Positions 47,980-60,794 of a stretch of 64,000 nucleotides of DNA are shown piece by piece. Under the pieces are notes generated by a model. The model was not told the DNA's origin. It saw only the letters and a program-made list of their open reading frames with translations, and did not search any database. The translations under genes were made by a program, and so were the position numbers. Position 1 is the first letter of the stretch. Each line of letters starts with the position of its first letter. The stretch is from Octopus sinensis (Eukaryota): assembly GCF_006345805.1 (NCBI RefSeq), contig NC_043011.1:7316001-7380000 (forward strand), given 5' to 3'.

Positions 47980-48310
47980 GTACGGCCGAATAGTCGAGAA
48001 GTTAGCATTGCAGCCACAAGGTCGGTCTCCTGTCCGATTCCACCGCACCTTGGGCAAATGTAATTTTATTTCCTTTAATACCCGGGTGTCGGCTCAAAGC
48101 GCTGTCGGTGAAACTAGGGTAGATGAAAGCTGCGTAGAAACCTGTCGGGTGGGTGGTAGGTCCTACCTGTAATTCCAACTAGTACAGTCTTTGTCGCACT
48201 AATTATGTTCCGAGTGGATTAAGTGGACGCATACATGACCGTGGAATACCCGGCCACTTACATGTTAATTCAAGAGCAGGTAATTCGGTTGCTTGGGCAA
48301 CTGGATCCTA
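47980..48310 (+). mobile_element. Old, degenerate SINE-derived sequence
   Basis: tRNA-like head to ACCTTGGGCAA; later GCCACTTACATGTTAATT...GAGCAGG as in SINE C2. Confidence 0.5.
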
Positions 48311-48574
48311 AATTGTCAATTCTGAAATCTCTATACGAGATGCTAGTAGTAATTCTACTGAACAATAATCGTTGTTACCACTTCGGCGTGGTTGTTCCGT
48401 ACAGGACACCGTTTACTACCCTTTTGACCCCAGGAGGACATCTCCTGCTCGTTAACCACGCACTCTCTGTTATATAAAGGACACAGTGTATCGTTAACCA
48501 GCTGCAGGTTTCCTGCTGTTGTTAAAACCTGTACGGAACATCCACTACTTTTATGTATATATATTTCTTTACGA

Positions 48575-48775
48575 CCCACAAGGGGCTAAACACAGAGAGG
48601 ACAAACAAGGACAGACAAACGAATTAAGTCGATTATATCGAACCCAGTGCGTAACTGGTACTTAATTTATCGACCCCGAAAGGATGAAAGGTAAAGTCGA
48701 CCTCGGCAGAATTTGAACTCAGAACGCAAGAACGCAAGCGGCGGACGAAATACCGCAAAGCATTTCGCCCGGCGA
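48575..48775 (-). mobile_element. SINE B
   Basis: Reverse complement of family B. Confidence 0.85.
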
Positions 48776-49214
48776 AATATATACTTCTATGTATATATAT
48801 ATTCATACGTATATGTACAAGATAATCACGAAAGAATGCTATATATACATATGCAAGTGTATATATATATATATGTGTGTGTGTGTGAACATAAATAACA
48901 ACCTCCGGTGCAAAACGAGGGCCAAGAATTAAGTGACGTTTAGGATTCGTCCGATGTTTTTCTACGAAAATATGGTCTTTTTATCGTTAATTAGAATATA
49001 CAATAAACAATAATTTTGTCGGTGTAATTAATCGTAATAATAGTAAATAGTCATAGTAATTACACATTCCATTGCTGATTCATAAACTAATATTTACATT
49101 TTTTTACATGTGGAAGGAGGAATCTTCTAATGTGGGCTGTTTTATGTCTATACAAATATACCATAAACCTCTAATAAACACACTCAATCTTAGCGTAATT
49201 ACTTATGTAATATG

Positions 49215-49280
49215 AAGAACACCTGACCGAGATCTATCTATCCATCTGTCTGTCTGTCTATCTATCTGTCTATCTATCTT

Positions 49281-49330
<50 letters not shown>

Positions 49331-49344
49331 CATCTGTCTATCTA

Positions 49345-49427
<83 letters not shown>

Positions 49428-49436
49428 GTCTATCTC
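49215..49436. repeat. (CTAT)n/(CTGT)n microsatellite
   Basis: Direct inspection. Confidence 0.95.
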
Positions 49437-49934
49437 TCGATCGATCGATCGAGTAGGCGGAATGCCCTAAGCCGGATGTATAAAGTGTTATAATTGAGCA
49501 TTTCCTGTAAAATAAAGGGTTTTTCCCTACTTTTCTGGTCTTCATCGTAGTGTGATACTCCGCCAACTGTGGTATGGTAGGCACACCACAGTTAGTGAGT
49601 TGGTACACCATTATATATATATATACGCACCATCTGCTAAATATATATTTGTATATATGTCTATTTTTATGTCAATGTATGTCTGTAAAAACAATTTAAC
49701 ATTAACTAAAGAACTGCACTATTTTTGAAGACTACTTATATTAAACTTTTACAAAGTGGGGGTTTTAGTGACCTCAAAGTTTTTCAGCCTGCTACCATTC
49801 AGTTTGACTCTCTCTTACTTTCTCCATATATACAGTGGTGGACTGGCCAGGTCGCTAGCTTGCCCGATGGCAAGTGGGTCCCTGCGCCATTAGAATCCAT
49901 ATATGGGGGCGGGGGCCCATGTTAGTATCTAAGG

Positions 49935-50113
49935 CAGTGCTTTTCAAACTTTTTGCTGAAGCGGAACCCCAAGGAAACATTCCACTGGCTCGAGGAACCC
50001 CTGTGCAATAATTTAATAGTCTTATGCACAAACATCTGCACAGGAGAATTAAAAATTACTGTTGATTTTAGCATTTTTGTAACTTCTTGCGGAACCCTGG
50101 TTGAAAAACACTG
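49935..50113. mobile_element. hAT (Charlie-like) MITE, 179 bp
   Basis: TIRs CAGTGCTTTTCAA / TTGAAAAACACTG; exact 8-bp TSD ATCTAAGG (49927-34 and 50114-21). Confidence 0.92.
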
Positions 50114-50918
50114 ATCTAAGGGGTTCATCCCCTCATGTTTGAGAATTTTTTTTATTCACTCCTGGAAGAATGCATTTTTTCAGCCTGGTAGTGTTTGTAG
50201 ACTGTTGAAACGAATACTTTTAACAAAAGAGGGGAAAAAAAAAAAATTAAACGATAGCTTTGTAGTTGCGGGTGGGCCCCCTTAAACATCCTGGCAACGA
50301 ATATTTTAAAACTCGGTCGGCCAATACATATTGTCAGGGCCGGATGAAAACACGTATAAATGTAAGGCGTCCTAACTATCTAAATTCTGTCCTTTGATAT
50401 ATCTCAACCTGTGTTATCAATGTGTCCTTCCTAAAGGGATTTGGGAAGGGGGTTGTTATTTCTTGCAGTTTAAGCGATCGCGTCGGAACTCTCTCTCCTT
50501 CGTCTCGTAGTGTCTCATGCATTGCTCTATATGCACAGATGTGCACCGACCTATGTAATGCATCTCTGTATGCTTATGTGTACGACTGTTTGCACATTTT
50601 AAATGCCGGTGGGCCCGTGTTATTAGTCATGGCATTTAATCGAAAGTGTCAGTGTGTTGATAGTGTTTTTTAAAATTTATGAACAAACATACTTTGGTAC
50701 CTATCTGTTATATAAGTTTATCAGTATTTCAGTCAAGTGCATGTAGGACCTCCCTCCCTCTCTCTCTCTTCCCTCCCCCTCTCTATCTCTGTATCTTTTA
50801 TCTTTTACATGTCTTGAGCATAGACCTGCGACCATGCTACAGCATCACCTTGCAGAGTTTGGTCGAACAAATCGATTGCAGTACTTTGTGTTTTTTTTTT
50901 TTAATTTAAAGCCTGGTC

Positions 50919-51171
50919 GGTACTACTTTGAAAACAGTGGTCCCGGTGCGCGCACTCGCGTAGTCGCGCATCCGCGTTAGTTAGTCGTGTCTAGTCAATC
51001 CTACAACGACTACCTAGCAAAGTAAATAAAACACAAAAACACAAAGTAAATTTTTGTTAAACAAAGTAAATAACACACAAAAACGGTAAGGATCGACTAG
51101 TCATGACTAGCTAGCGCGGATGCGCGAGTACGCGAGTGCGCGCACCGGGGCCCCTGTTCTCAAGTAGTACC
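50919..51171. mobile_element. Merlin-type MITE, 253 bp, nested in an old SINE A
   Basis: About 85-bp CpG-rich TIRs starting GGTACTAC; exact 8-bp TSD GCCTGGTC (50911-18 and 51172-79). Host SINE (minus strand) spans about 50780-51240. Confidence 0.85.
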
Positions 51172-51271
51172 GCCTGGTCTTTATTCTACGCTCGTTTTTG
51201 CCGAACCTTTAAGTTTCGAAGACGTAAACAGAAAACAAACAAAAAAAAAAACAAAAAAAAACAATTGTCAG

Positions 51272-51659
51272 TAGTGGCTGTGTGGTAAGTAGTTTGTTTA
51301 TCAACCACATGGTTCCGGGTTCAGTCCCACTGCGTGGCACCTTGGGCAAGTGTCTTCTACTATAGCCTCGGGCCGGCCAAAGCCTTGTGAGTGGATTTGG
51401 TAGACAGAAACTGAAAGAAGCCCGTCGTATATATGTATATATATATATATATATATATGCATGTGTGTGTCTGTGTTTGTCCCCCTAGCATTGCTTGACA
51501 ACCAATGCTGGTGTGTTTATGTCCCCGTTACCTAGCGGTTCGGCAAAAGAGACCGATAGAATAAGTACTGGGCTTACAAAAAAGAATAAGTCCCAGGGTC
51601 GAGTTGCTCGACTAAAGGTGGTGCTCCAGCATGACCGCAGTCAAAAGAGTAAAAGAGTA
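51272..51659 (+). mobile_element. SINE A
   Basis: Family A match. Confidence 0.9.
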
Positions 51660-52914
51660 ATTGTCAAGTAGGGTTCGAGACACAAACACGTGCGCACACT
51701 CGACGTGCTTCCACACAATTTGGTTACCAAATTCACTCACAAGGAAATGGCCGGCCCAGGTCTATATTAGAAAACACTCCCCCAAATTGCCGCGCATTTC
51801 GACTGATCTTCAAAACCATTTGGTTGCGTTGCAAAGCGACCTTCTTAACAACACAACCATGATAATAAACATAATTAAGTCTATATGTGCGTGTATACAT
51901 TCATACATACATACGTGTATACAGACGTACATATATATACACACATATATATAAATACATACACATATATATATATATATATAATATATATATATAATAT
52001 ATATATATATAAATACATACATACATATATACATACTTATCTACTTACCACCTACGTGTCTGTCTGTCTGACTCTCTGTCTGTCTGTCTGACTCTCTGTT
52101 TGTCTGTCTGACTCTGTCTGTCTGTCTGTCTGTCTATCTATCCATCCATCCATCATGTTTGTCTGTCCGACCGTCCACCCATCCATCATATCTGTCTGTC
52201 TGTTTGTCTATCTGCACACACACACACACATTAAATATGTCTATTGATCTGTCTGTATAGTGTATGTGTATATGTACACAAACAGGTCATCTCACCCCAC
52301 CTCCTCCTCCCATGCTGGTGTAGTGTTGCACAGGTTATCACAGCCCAAATCAGTTTTTATTTAGAGTAACGCCCTCCTGGGTGGGAATCAAAGAACCACA
52401 TCTTGTACACTTCATATTTAGCCTTGATCTTTATGACTGGATGCCCTTCCTATCACCAACCATATCACAGGATGTATTTGATGCAGTTTCATCCTGGGAT
52501 CAACACTATAAAGATTGTAACCATCATCATCATTATCAAAATCGTCTTTGTTTAACCTCCGCCTTCCATGCTGGCATGGGTGGGACGGTTTAAGAGGAGC
52601 CAGTCGGGAAAGACCCCGGTACCAAACTTCTGTGACTGTTTTGGCTGGATTTTTACAGCTGTATGTGCCCTTCTTGACACCAACCACTCAGCAGAGTGGA
52701 CTTAGTTCTTATACGTGGCACAAGCACAGGTAAGGTCAGTTTTGACAAAGTTTTTACAGTTGGATGCCCTTCCAAATGCCAACCACTTTACAGTGTGGAC
52801 TAGGTTTCCTTTTTAAGTGGCACCTGCGCTGACAGGGTCACCAAGTAACTTGCAAGGCAAAAAGTTCTTTTGAGAAGGGAGGGGGACATTGGAGGAGGTA
52901 ATCTTGTGTCAGGT

Positions 52915-53150
52915 AAGGTGGCAAACTGGCAGAAATGTTAGCAGGCCGGACGAAATGCTTAGCGGTATTTCGTCTGCCATTACATTGTGAGTTCAAATTT
53001 CGTCGAGGTTGCCTTTGCCTTTCATCCTTTCAGGGTCGATTAAATCAAGTACCAGTTACGCACTGGGGTCGATGGAATCGACTTAATCCATTTGTCTGTC
53101 CTTGTTTGTCCCCTCTAAGTTTAGCCCCTTGTGGGTAGTAAAGAAATAGG
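52915..53150 (+). mobile_element. SINE B
   Basis: Family B match. Confidence 0.85.
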
Positions 53151-54068
53151 TAATCTTGTGTCAGATGATGAAAGGTTATGGTAAGACGGAGAGATAGAAA
53201 CAGGTGTCTTGCTGTAGGGGAGGTACATGGTTACCTCGCCAATGAGAGAGAGAGAGAGAGAGTGATCAGGAATGAGGACAGAGACAGGTGTGCTATCACA
53301 AAGGAATAAATGGGATGGTTGGGTAAAGACAGAGAGAGATACAGATGGTGGCAAGTGCCTGGGTATACCCTTGGGGTTTGAAGATCATAAGATGAGTGGC
53401 AGGATATTGTGAAAGAAGCGTGATTAGAGATTGCAGAGTGGGTGGGGGAAGTGAGTGGCAAAAACCTGGGTATACATAGAGTAGTGGTGGGGCTACCGAA
53501 TAGCAGTAATACAGAGAAACAGGGCCCATGAGGAAGGGATTGGGGAGTAAGAAGTAGGCATAGTGTATGAAGGAGGAAATGTGAGGAAAAGGAAGAGATG
53601 TAGATTGGTTTGTTGGGGTAGGGTGTGTGGGAAATGTTCTTGTTAGGTGTGGGTGGGACACACAACATGTCTAGAACTCGGTTTCACTAACGTGGGTGGG
53701 TCTTCTCAAGAACTTCATATTGCCAGACATATTGGTCCATCATCATTTCCTCTGTGAGGCCCAACATCCTGAGATCAGTTCTTACCACTTCATCCCACAT
53801 CTTCCTGGGTCTCCCTCTTTCATGGGTACTGTCCACATTCAGTGATCGGTGCTTCTTCTTATGTCCTCAACATGACTAAAGAATCCTCTCAAGGGTCCTG
53901 TGTAGCTTCCATAGAGCCCAGATGATTTGCCAACCACTCTACCAAGTGTACAGCATGCATTTTATTGTGACACTGGCACTAGTGAGATTTCTTTGTATCC
54001 TGTAAGACTAAGAAATCCTCATTACTCTATGATGATCTGTGTTCTTTTGCTTAGCATTAAATGACCCA

Positions 54069-54476
54069 TAGGCATAGGAGTGGCTGTGTGGTAAGTAGCT
54101 TGCTTACCAACTACATGGGTCTGGGTTCAGTCCCACTGCATGGCACCTTGGGCAAGTGTCTTCTACTATAGCTTCAGGCCAACCAAAGCCTTGTGAGTGG
54201 ATTTGGTAGACAGAAACTGAAAGAAGGTCGTTGTATATATGTATATATATGTGTGTGTGTGTGTATATGTTTGTGTGTCTGTGTTTGTCCCCCCAACATC
54301 GCTTGACAACCGATGCTGGTGTGTTTACATCCCTGTAACTTAGTGGTTCAGCAAAAGAGATTAGTAGAATAAGTACTAGGGTTACAATGAATAAGTCCTG
54401 AGGTCGATTTGCTTGACTAAAGACGGTGCTCCAGCATGGCCGCAGTCAAATGACTGAAACAAGAGTAAAAGAGTAA
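54069..54476 (+). mobile_element. SINE A
   Basis: Family A match. Confidence 0.9.
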
Positions 54477-54631
54477 GGGGATGGACAGAAGAGAGAGAGT
54501 GATCTTCTAGTAGTGTAGCTGATAAGGGAGCAAAAGAGAGTGACCACTTCCTCTGTGTACATTTCTCAAAATTGGTGCCTTTTCAACAATTTTTTGTTAA
54601 CTGTTTAGCGCAATCCTTTATTTTTTATTAA

Positions 54632-54851
54632 CCCTTTCGTTACCAACCCGGCTGAAACCGGCTCTGGCTGTGAGTACAAATGTCTTGTTTTCATAAGTTT
54701 TGAATTAAAATCTTTCACCAAACCTTAGTCACAATTTATGTTCCTAACACTAGCTGAATGATAACTAAGTCATTTTACTAAATTCTTTGTTATATTTAAA
54801 GTAATTGAAAGAAACACAGAGCATCTCAAAATAAATACAGTAACAAAAGGG
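54632..54851. mobile_element. piggyBac-type MITE, 220 bp
   Basis: TTAA|CCCTTTCGTTAC ... GTAACAAAAGGG|TTAA (TSDs at 54628-31 and 54852-55). Confidence 0.9.
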
Positions 54852-55048
54852 TTAATTGCACAGCCATGGAAGAACTTTCTGGTGTCATTACTTTATTTTT
54901 CCAACCTTCCATGTTTTGGAACTGTCTGCTCAAATTCCTGTAATGTGGTTGATAACACCTGAAACACCCCACCCCCCGCTCATAACCTCTCGACACTGAG
55001 TGATCCTGTGGAGTTTCCTCTTATTCACAACACATCTATATCAATAGC

Positions 55049-55435
55049 TGTGGAGGCGCAATGGCCCAGTGTTTAGGGCAGCGGACTCGCGGTCATAGGA
55101 TCGTGGTTTCGATTAACAGACCGGGCGTTGTGAATGTTTATTGAGCAAAAACGCCTAAAAGCTCCACGAGGCTCCGGCAGGGGATGGTGGTGATCCCTGC
55201 TGTACTCTTTCACCACAACTTTCTCTCACTCTTACTTCCTGTTTCTGTTGTACCTGTATTTCAAAGGGCCGGCCTTGTCACTCTCTGTGTCATGCTGAAT
55301 ATCCCCGAGAACTACGTTAAGGGTGCACGTGTCTGTGGAGTGCTCAGCCACTTACATGTTAATTTCACGAGCAGGCTGTTCCGTTGATCGGATCAACCGG
55401 AACCCTTGTCGTTGTAACCGACGGAGTGCTTCCAT
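55049..55435 (+). mobile_element. SINE type C2 with a different tRNA-like head
   Basis: GGCCCAGTGTTTAGGGCAGCGGACTCGCGG...GGTTTCGATT head; 3' body shared with 14185-14516. The head alone recurs at 61062-61141 (minus). Confidence 0.75.
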
Positions 55436-55499
55436 ATATCAATAGCTGTCACTTTCATTCATAATAACTTCGTTAGTGAAACAGGAAATTAATGACTGT

Positions 55500-55946
55500 A
55501 GAGAGTGGCTGTGTGGTAAGTAGCTTGCTTACCAACCACATGGTTCTGGGTTCATTACCCCTGCGTGGCACCTTGGGCAAGTGTCTTCTATAGCCTCGGG
55601 CTGACCAAAGCCTTGTGAGTGGATTTGGTAGACAGAAACTGAAAGAACCCCGTCGTGTGTGTGTGTATATATATATATACATATATATATATACATATAA
55701 ATATATACATATAAATATGTATGTATGTGTGTGCATATGTTTGTACATGTGTTTGTCCCCCCCTCCCATCACCGCTTGACAACCAATGGTGGTGTGGTTA
55801 CGTCCCCATAACTTTGCAATTCGGCAAAAAGTGATCAATAGAATAAGTACTAGGCTTGCAAAGAATAAGTCCTGGGGTTGATTTATTTGACTAAAGGCGG
55901 TGCTCCAGCATGGCCACAGTCAAATGACTTGAAACAAGTAAAAGAA
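55500..55946 (+). mobile_element. SINE A
   Basis: Family A match. Confidence 0.85.
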
Positions 55947-56074
55947 TTACAACCAATGAAAGATTTCATAAGAGAAAAGAGTTAAAAATTTTTCCGTATG
56001 TGCCACAGTGCCATTTTTCTCATGTGCTTGCTCCACCTAAATTTAGAACCTGGCTATGTTACTGGATCAGTAGT

Positions 56075-56430
56075 GCTGGAGCACCGTCTTTAGTCGAGCA
56101 AATCGACCTCAGGACTTATTCATTGTGACCCTAGTACTTATTCTACCGATCTCTTTTGCTGAACCACTAAGTTACAGGGATGTAAACACACCAGCATCGG
56201 TTGTCAAGTGATGTTGGGGGGACAAACAGAGACACACAAACATATACATACACACACACATACACACACACATACACATATATATACATACATACAACGA
56301 CCTTCTTTCAGTTTCTGTCTACCAAATCCACTCACAAGGCTTTGGTTGGCCTGAAGCTATAGTAGAAGACACTTGCCCAAGGTGCCATGCAGTGGGACTG
56401 AACCCGTAACCATGTGGTTGGTAAGCAATA
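56075..56430 (-). mobile_element. SINE A
   Basis: Family A reverse complement. Confidence 0.85.
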
Positions 56431-56707
56431 CTTTTCTGGGGTCAAGCCTGTATAAGCTTTGATGTGTGGTGGTGGTGGTGGTGGCAGGGGGTGGGGCGGG
56501 AATAACTGCTGCAGGTTCAAAGCTTGCCTTGGGCAGCACACATTTTAGCTGTGCCACTGCGGATGATGTTAGAAGAACCAGGATGGTTAAGTGGAAGTTG
56601 TAGGTGTGTAGTGGTAGAAAGGGAGAGATTTAGGAGAGAGAGGGGTTTAGTTGAAGGAGGAGTTGGTGGGTAGTGATAGAAGTGGAAAATGGTGGGTGAC
56701 AGTAACA

Positions 56708-56951
56708 TCATCATCATCATTGTTTGACCGTGGTCGAGACAATGGAATTTACCATGCTACGCCAGACTTCACGGTCCATCATGGCATTACGGAGGTCCTG
56801 TTGCTGGATGCCTGTATCCCTGGAAATTACATCAGGGTAGGAGAGTGTGCGCCCTCTGGTATCGCGAGCAGATGGCTTCCAGAGGAGAAGAGTAGAAATT
56901 GCCTCGTTTTCAGCTCTACAACAATGTCCAGCAAACTGGACTCTCCTACCT
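56708..56951 (-). mobile_element. RTE-clade R2, 5'-truncated insertion with 12-bp TSD
   Basis: TSD GTGACAGTAACA at 56696-707 and 56952-63. Confidence 0.9.
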
Positions 56952-57464
56952 GTGACAGTAACAAGTGGCTGAGAGCCCCCCCCCCCCCGGGGGGGCAAGC
57001 GGGTGGGGTGGGGAGGCAGAGAGGGTGGTGGTAAGGAGTGCCAGGTACTCGCTGACTTCATAAACACTAGACATTGTAATACAGTGACTAGAAGAATGAA
57101 TGAGTAGGGAGAGAGGAGGAGTGAGACAGGGAGATGGGCACGCTTCAAAGAGGTGCCGGGTTGTAAGAGTAGTTATTCATTTCTAATTCATTATCTCATT
57201 TATCAATGACTAAATCTCCTCACTGCATCACCAAATTCTATCCTCATGCATTACAAGACTGTCTCTATTTTGAACAACAGACTAATGTCTTGTTTCCTCC
57301 CTGGGTTAAAGGGATACATATGACAATATTTATGACCATACCTAGCCATGAGCTGTCCACTCACTCTTGTCCTTCATTTAAAATAGACACAGTCTGCTAG
57401 TCTTAGATTTAGTAGTTGATAAAGAGATAAATGAATTAGAAATGGATTACAACTCTAGTAACTC

Positions 57465-57742
57465 AGTGCCGCCTCGACTGGCTTCCGTGCCAGTGGCACA
57501 TAAAATGCACCAATCCGACCGTGGCCGTTGCCAGCCTCGCCTGGTACCTGTGCAGGTGGCACGTAAAAAGCACCCACTACACTCACGGAGTGGTTGGCGT
57601 TAGGAAGGGAATCCAGCTGTAGAAACACTGCCAGATCTGACTGGAGCCTGGTGCAGCCTCCTGGCTTCCCAGAACCCCGGTCAAACCGTCCAACCCATGC
57701 TAGCATGGAGAACGGACGTTAAACAATGATGATGATGATGAT
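57465..57742 (+). mobile_element. RTE R1 3' UTR fragment
   Basis: UTR motifs plus (GAT)n. Confidence 0.9.
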
Positions 57743-57977
57743 TAAATATTTTTAGTGCAGCCGCCTTTTTCGCTGATTACAAAAACTATCGACTACTCTT
57801 TGTGAGCCATCCGGGCATTAAAGAGAATCTATTTCCAGTGTGTCTTCATAGAATCTACTGCTCCTAAGCATTGATCACATATGAAGTTTATGTTTTCTGT
57901 CAGTCTGTCTGTGATTCTACTGGGGTGAGATATGTGTGTGTGTGTGTGTATTAATCTGTCTGTCTAGTTATCCAGCT

Positions 57978-58181
57978 GTACTCTTTTACTCTTTCACTTG
58001 TTTCAGTCATTTGACTGTGGCCATGCTGGAGCACCACCTTTAGTCAAGCAAATCGACCCCAGGACTTATTCTTTGTAAGCCTAGTACTTATTCTATCGGT
58101 CTCTTTTTGCCGAACCGCTAAGTTACGGGGACGTAAACACACCAGCATCGGTTGTCAAGCGATGTTGGGGAGACAAGCACA

Positions 58182-58229
<48 letters not shown>

Positions 58230-58383
58230 CATATATACGACGGCTTCTTTCAGTTTCCGTCTACCAAATCCACTCACAAGGCTTTGGTCGGCCCGCGGCT
58301 ATAGTAGAAGACACTTGCCGAAGATGCCACGCAGTGGGACTGAACCAGGAACCATGTGGTTGGTAAGTAAGCTACTTACCACA
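57978..58383 (-). mobile_element. SINE A
   Basis: Family A reverse complement. Confidence 0.9.
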
Positions 58384-58996
58384 AATACATACATACATAT
58401 ATATTATATATATATATACACACAGACATACACTTATACACTGCATACACATTAGGAAGGTAATAGACACAAGGAAAAAAAAGCAAGACGCGACGGCCTA
58501 GTTTTAACGAAAAGTTACGCGCACACGCACGTGTGTGTGTGTGTGTGTGTTTACACTGTCATTCTTGATATCCGCCTTTGCTTAGAAACGATGTTAGTGC
58601 TTGTGCCCTGTACTCAAACAAGTGCTGAAGGGCGAATATGTCAAGCTACAAAAACCACAAAACAAACTAACGTTGAAGTCTGACTGTATTCCAGCATGGC
58701 CACGAGTCTGATAATTGAAATAATAAAGTAAAAAAAAATGCACGCGCTTATATATGTAAAGGCATCCTTATACAATAGCGTCGCAAATTATCTACTGCGC
58801 CAAAAGACAAAATTTCTGAACATTTTAAATATATTTAAACCCTAAACAGATTTTAGGAGGATTTCTTTGCACTTCCCTTATAAATGATTTCACAGATTTG
58901 GTTTTCTTCTGGAAAATTTTCTACTCTCTTTTATAGGAATACCATTTATTTATTTATTTATTTATCTTTTTGTTTATATATTTATTTGTTTGTTTC

Positions 58997-59087
58997 CATC
59001 CATCCATCCATCCATCCATCCATCCATCCATCCATCCATCCATCCATCCATCCATCCATCCATCCTCCATCCATCCATCCATCCATC
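58997..59087. repeat. (CCAT)n microsatellite
   Basis: Direct inspection. Confidence 0.95.
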
Positions 59088-59143
59088 GTGTTGAAAACTG
59101 CCGTTCAAAAGGAAAATATCCTATATATGTGCATGTATATGTA

Positions 59144-59176
<33 letters not shown>

Positions 59177-59178
<2 letters not shown>

Positions 59179-59596
59179 GGCAAATATACCTCACATTGTC
59201 GTGCAGTAACTGTCTATATCTCGTTCAGAGATTTATTATTGCTTGTATACACTTTTTCAAGATCAGTGACGAAAAGTTACTGGAAAAAAGATAATAAATA
59301 TTTGCATTGGGACTCCTTTCATCGAAAACCGGTGATTGTCGTGCGCTGATGACGGGTCAATACCCAGAAACTGCAGTCTGTGCGTATCACTTAGGTTGAC
59401 GAGGGAAGGATGACCTCTCTTTGCAAATACCGATAGGGCACAGAAAGTGTGCCTATAGCCAGCTGGAGGAGATGTTCTTCTGGGGCTACAAGCTACAGTT
59501 ACACCCAACCTTAGTGGTTAGCCATAATGAGATGGCAAATATACCTCACATTGTCGTGCAGTTACTGTTTATACCTCGTTCAGAGATTTACTATTG

Positions 59597-59599
<3 letters not shown>
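59177..59599 (+). mobile_element. Retrozyme-like or pseudo-LTR unit: 355-bp monomer plus 68-bp repeat, one HHR
   Basis: Direct repeats at 59177-59244 and 59532-59599 (offset 355); (TA)n on both sides. Confidence 0.65.
59340..59384 (+). ncRNA. Minimal type I HHR
   Basis: CTGATGA (59346-52); C-GGGT-CAAT-ACCC-A; GAAA (59367-70); palindromic ACTGCAGT; GUC (59376-78); GU-rich stem I. Confidence 0.7.
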
Positions 59600-59675
<76 letters not shown>

Positions 59676-59959
59676 GAGAGAGGTATGATACACATGTATG
59701 CATATATATATATATATACACACACACACACGTGTGTGTGTAATATGTATGTGTGTTTGTCACGCACTACAGTTTGACAACTTGTTGGTTTGTTTACATC
59801 CCCTGCAACTAAGTGGTTCGACAAAACGACCGATAGAATAAGTATTAGGCAAAAAATAAACGCCATGGTTGATCTGCCAAGGCTGATCTATCAAGCATGA
59901 CTGCAGTCCAGTGACAGAAGCAAGTAAAAGTGAAAAGATTACACACACACACACACACA

Positions 59960-59990
<31 letters not shown>

Positions 59991-60034
59991 CACCACACAC
60001 ACACACACACACACATTTTGCTTAGGCATTGCAA

Positions 60035-60359
60035 TACTGGTGTAGACTCAATACACAATGGCTCAGAACGAACCGTTAGTCGAGTAGAGAGCAATAATAA
60101 GAAATTGAGATGGCAAAGGAATAAATAATCTTACGAAATTCATTAGCTTACAACTGCTTGCATTATAAGATGCAGTGGACTCATAGCTGAAGGCCTGTGT
60201 AACACCTTATAGTTTCATCGGAGCCTGTGATATATATTTGAGGCTCCAAGGAAACGACAAGGTGTTACTCAGGCACTCATATATGAGTCCACTGCATCTT
60301 ATACCAGAAACAGCTGTAGTGTAATGAAGTTCATAAGATGATCGTTTTCTCCATTGTCG

Positions 60360-60360
<1 letters not shown>
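60035..60360. mobile_element. Family E inverted pair with two decayed HHRs
   Basis: Minus copy (about 60145-60225) keeps CCGATGA but has lost GAAA. Plus copy (about 60241-60325) keeps GAAA-CAGCTG-TA but its core has decayed to CCAAGGA. Confidence 0.65.
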
Positions 60361-60391
<31 letters not shown>

Positions 60392-60654
60392 GTGAAATAG
60401 AAAGATGAATAATCTTGTAGTAGATTAATCAACAGTTTAACCGATACCTTAGTAGCAAAAATCACAGCAGTAAACAGCACGGTTGGAGGTACAACCATCT
60501 GGCGTTGCAACCGTGCGTTGGTGCGGATAATTGAAATTAAAACATTATTGGTGAATTGAAGAAATGGAGTTTCGCCATGGGCTCTTAGGAGCACAGTTCG
60601 ATTTGTTTTTTGCTCCGCCTCTGTTCTGTTTTTGTTTTTCCAACGGATTTCCTT

Positions 60655-60744
60655 TTTTCTTCCTGAAGAGAAAGACACAATATGGTCCCATTATTCAATC
60701 GGATTTTGGTAATTTGTGCCTTTCGAAACACGTGTAGAATGAAA
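60655..60744 (+). ncRNA. Type I HHR with long stem II, in a (TA)n-flanked element (about 60390-60798)
   Basis: CTGAAGA (60663-69); stem II GAAAG-A-CACAA/TTGTG-C-CTTTC; GAAA (60725-28); palindromic ACACGTGT; GUA; stem I TTC/GAA. A 24-bp inverted repeat lies at 60547-70 / 60775-98. Confidence 0.8.
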
Positions 60745-60794
60745 TAAAACGATTTCTGTTCAATCTGCGTTTAGCTCCATTTCTTCAATTCACC

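Noticed and set aside
47700-48017. Minus-strand ORF starting MAAMLTSRLFGRT as a targeting-peptide exon
   Set aside because: It overlaps the tRNA-like head of an old SINE and runs into (TA)n.
49836-50700. Larger hAT element starting CAGTGGTGGACTGG
   Set aside because: No matching right TIR or TSD found.
57740-57860. Possible internal exon (AAFFADYKNYRLLF) with AG and GTGAGC sites
   Set aside because: No recognisable homology and no phase link to 47769; needs RNA-seq.
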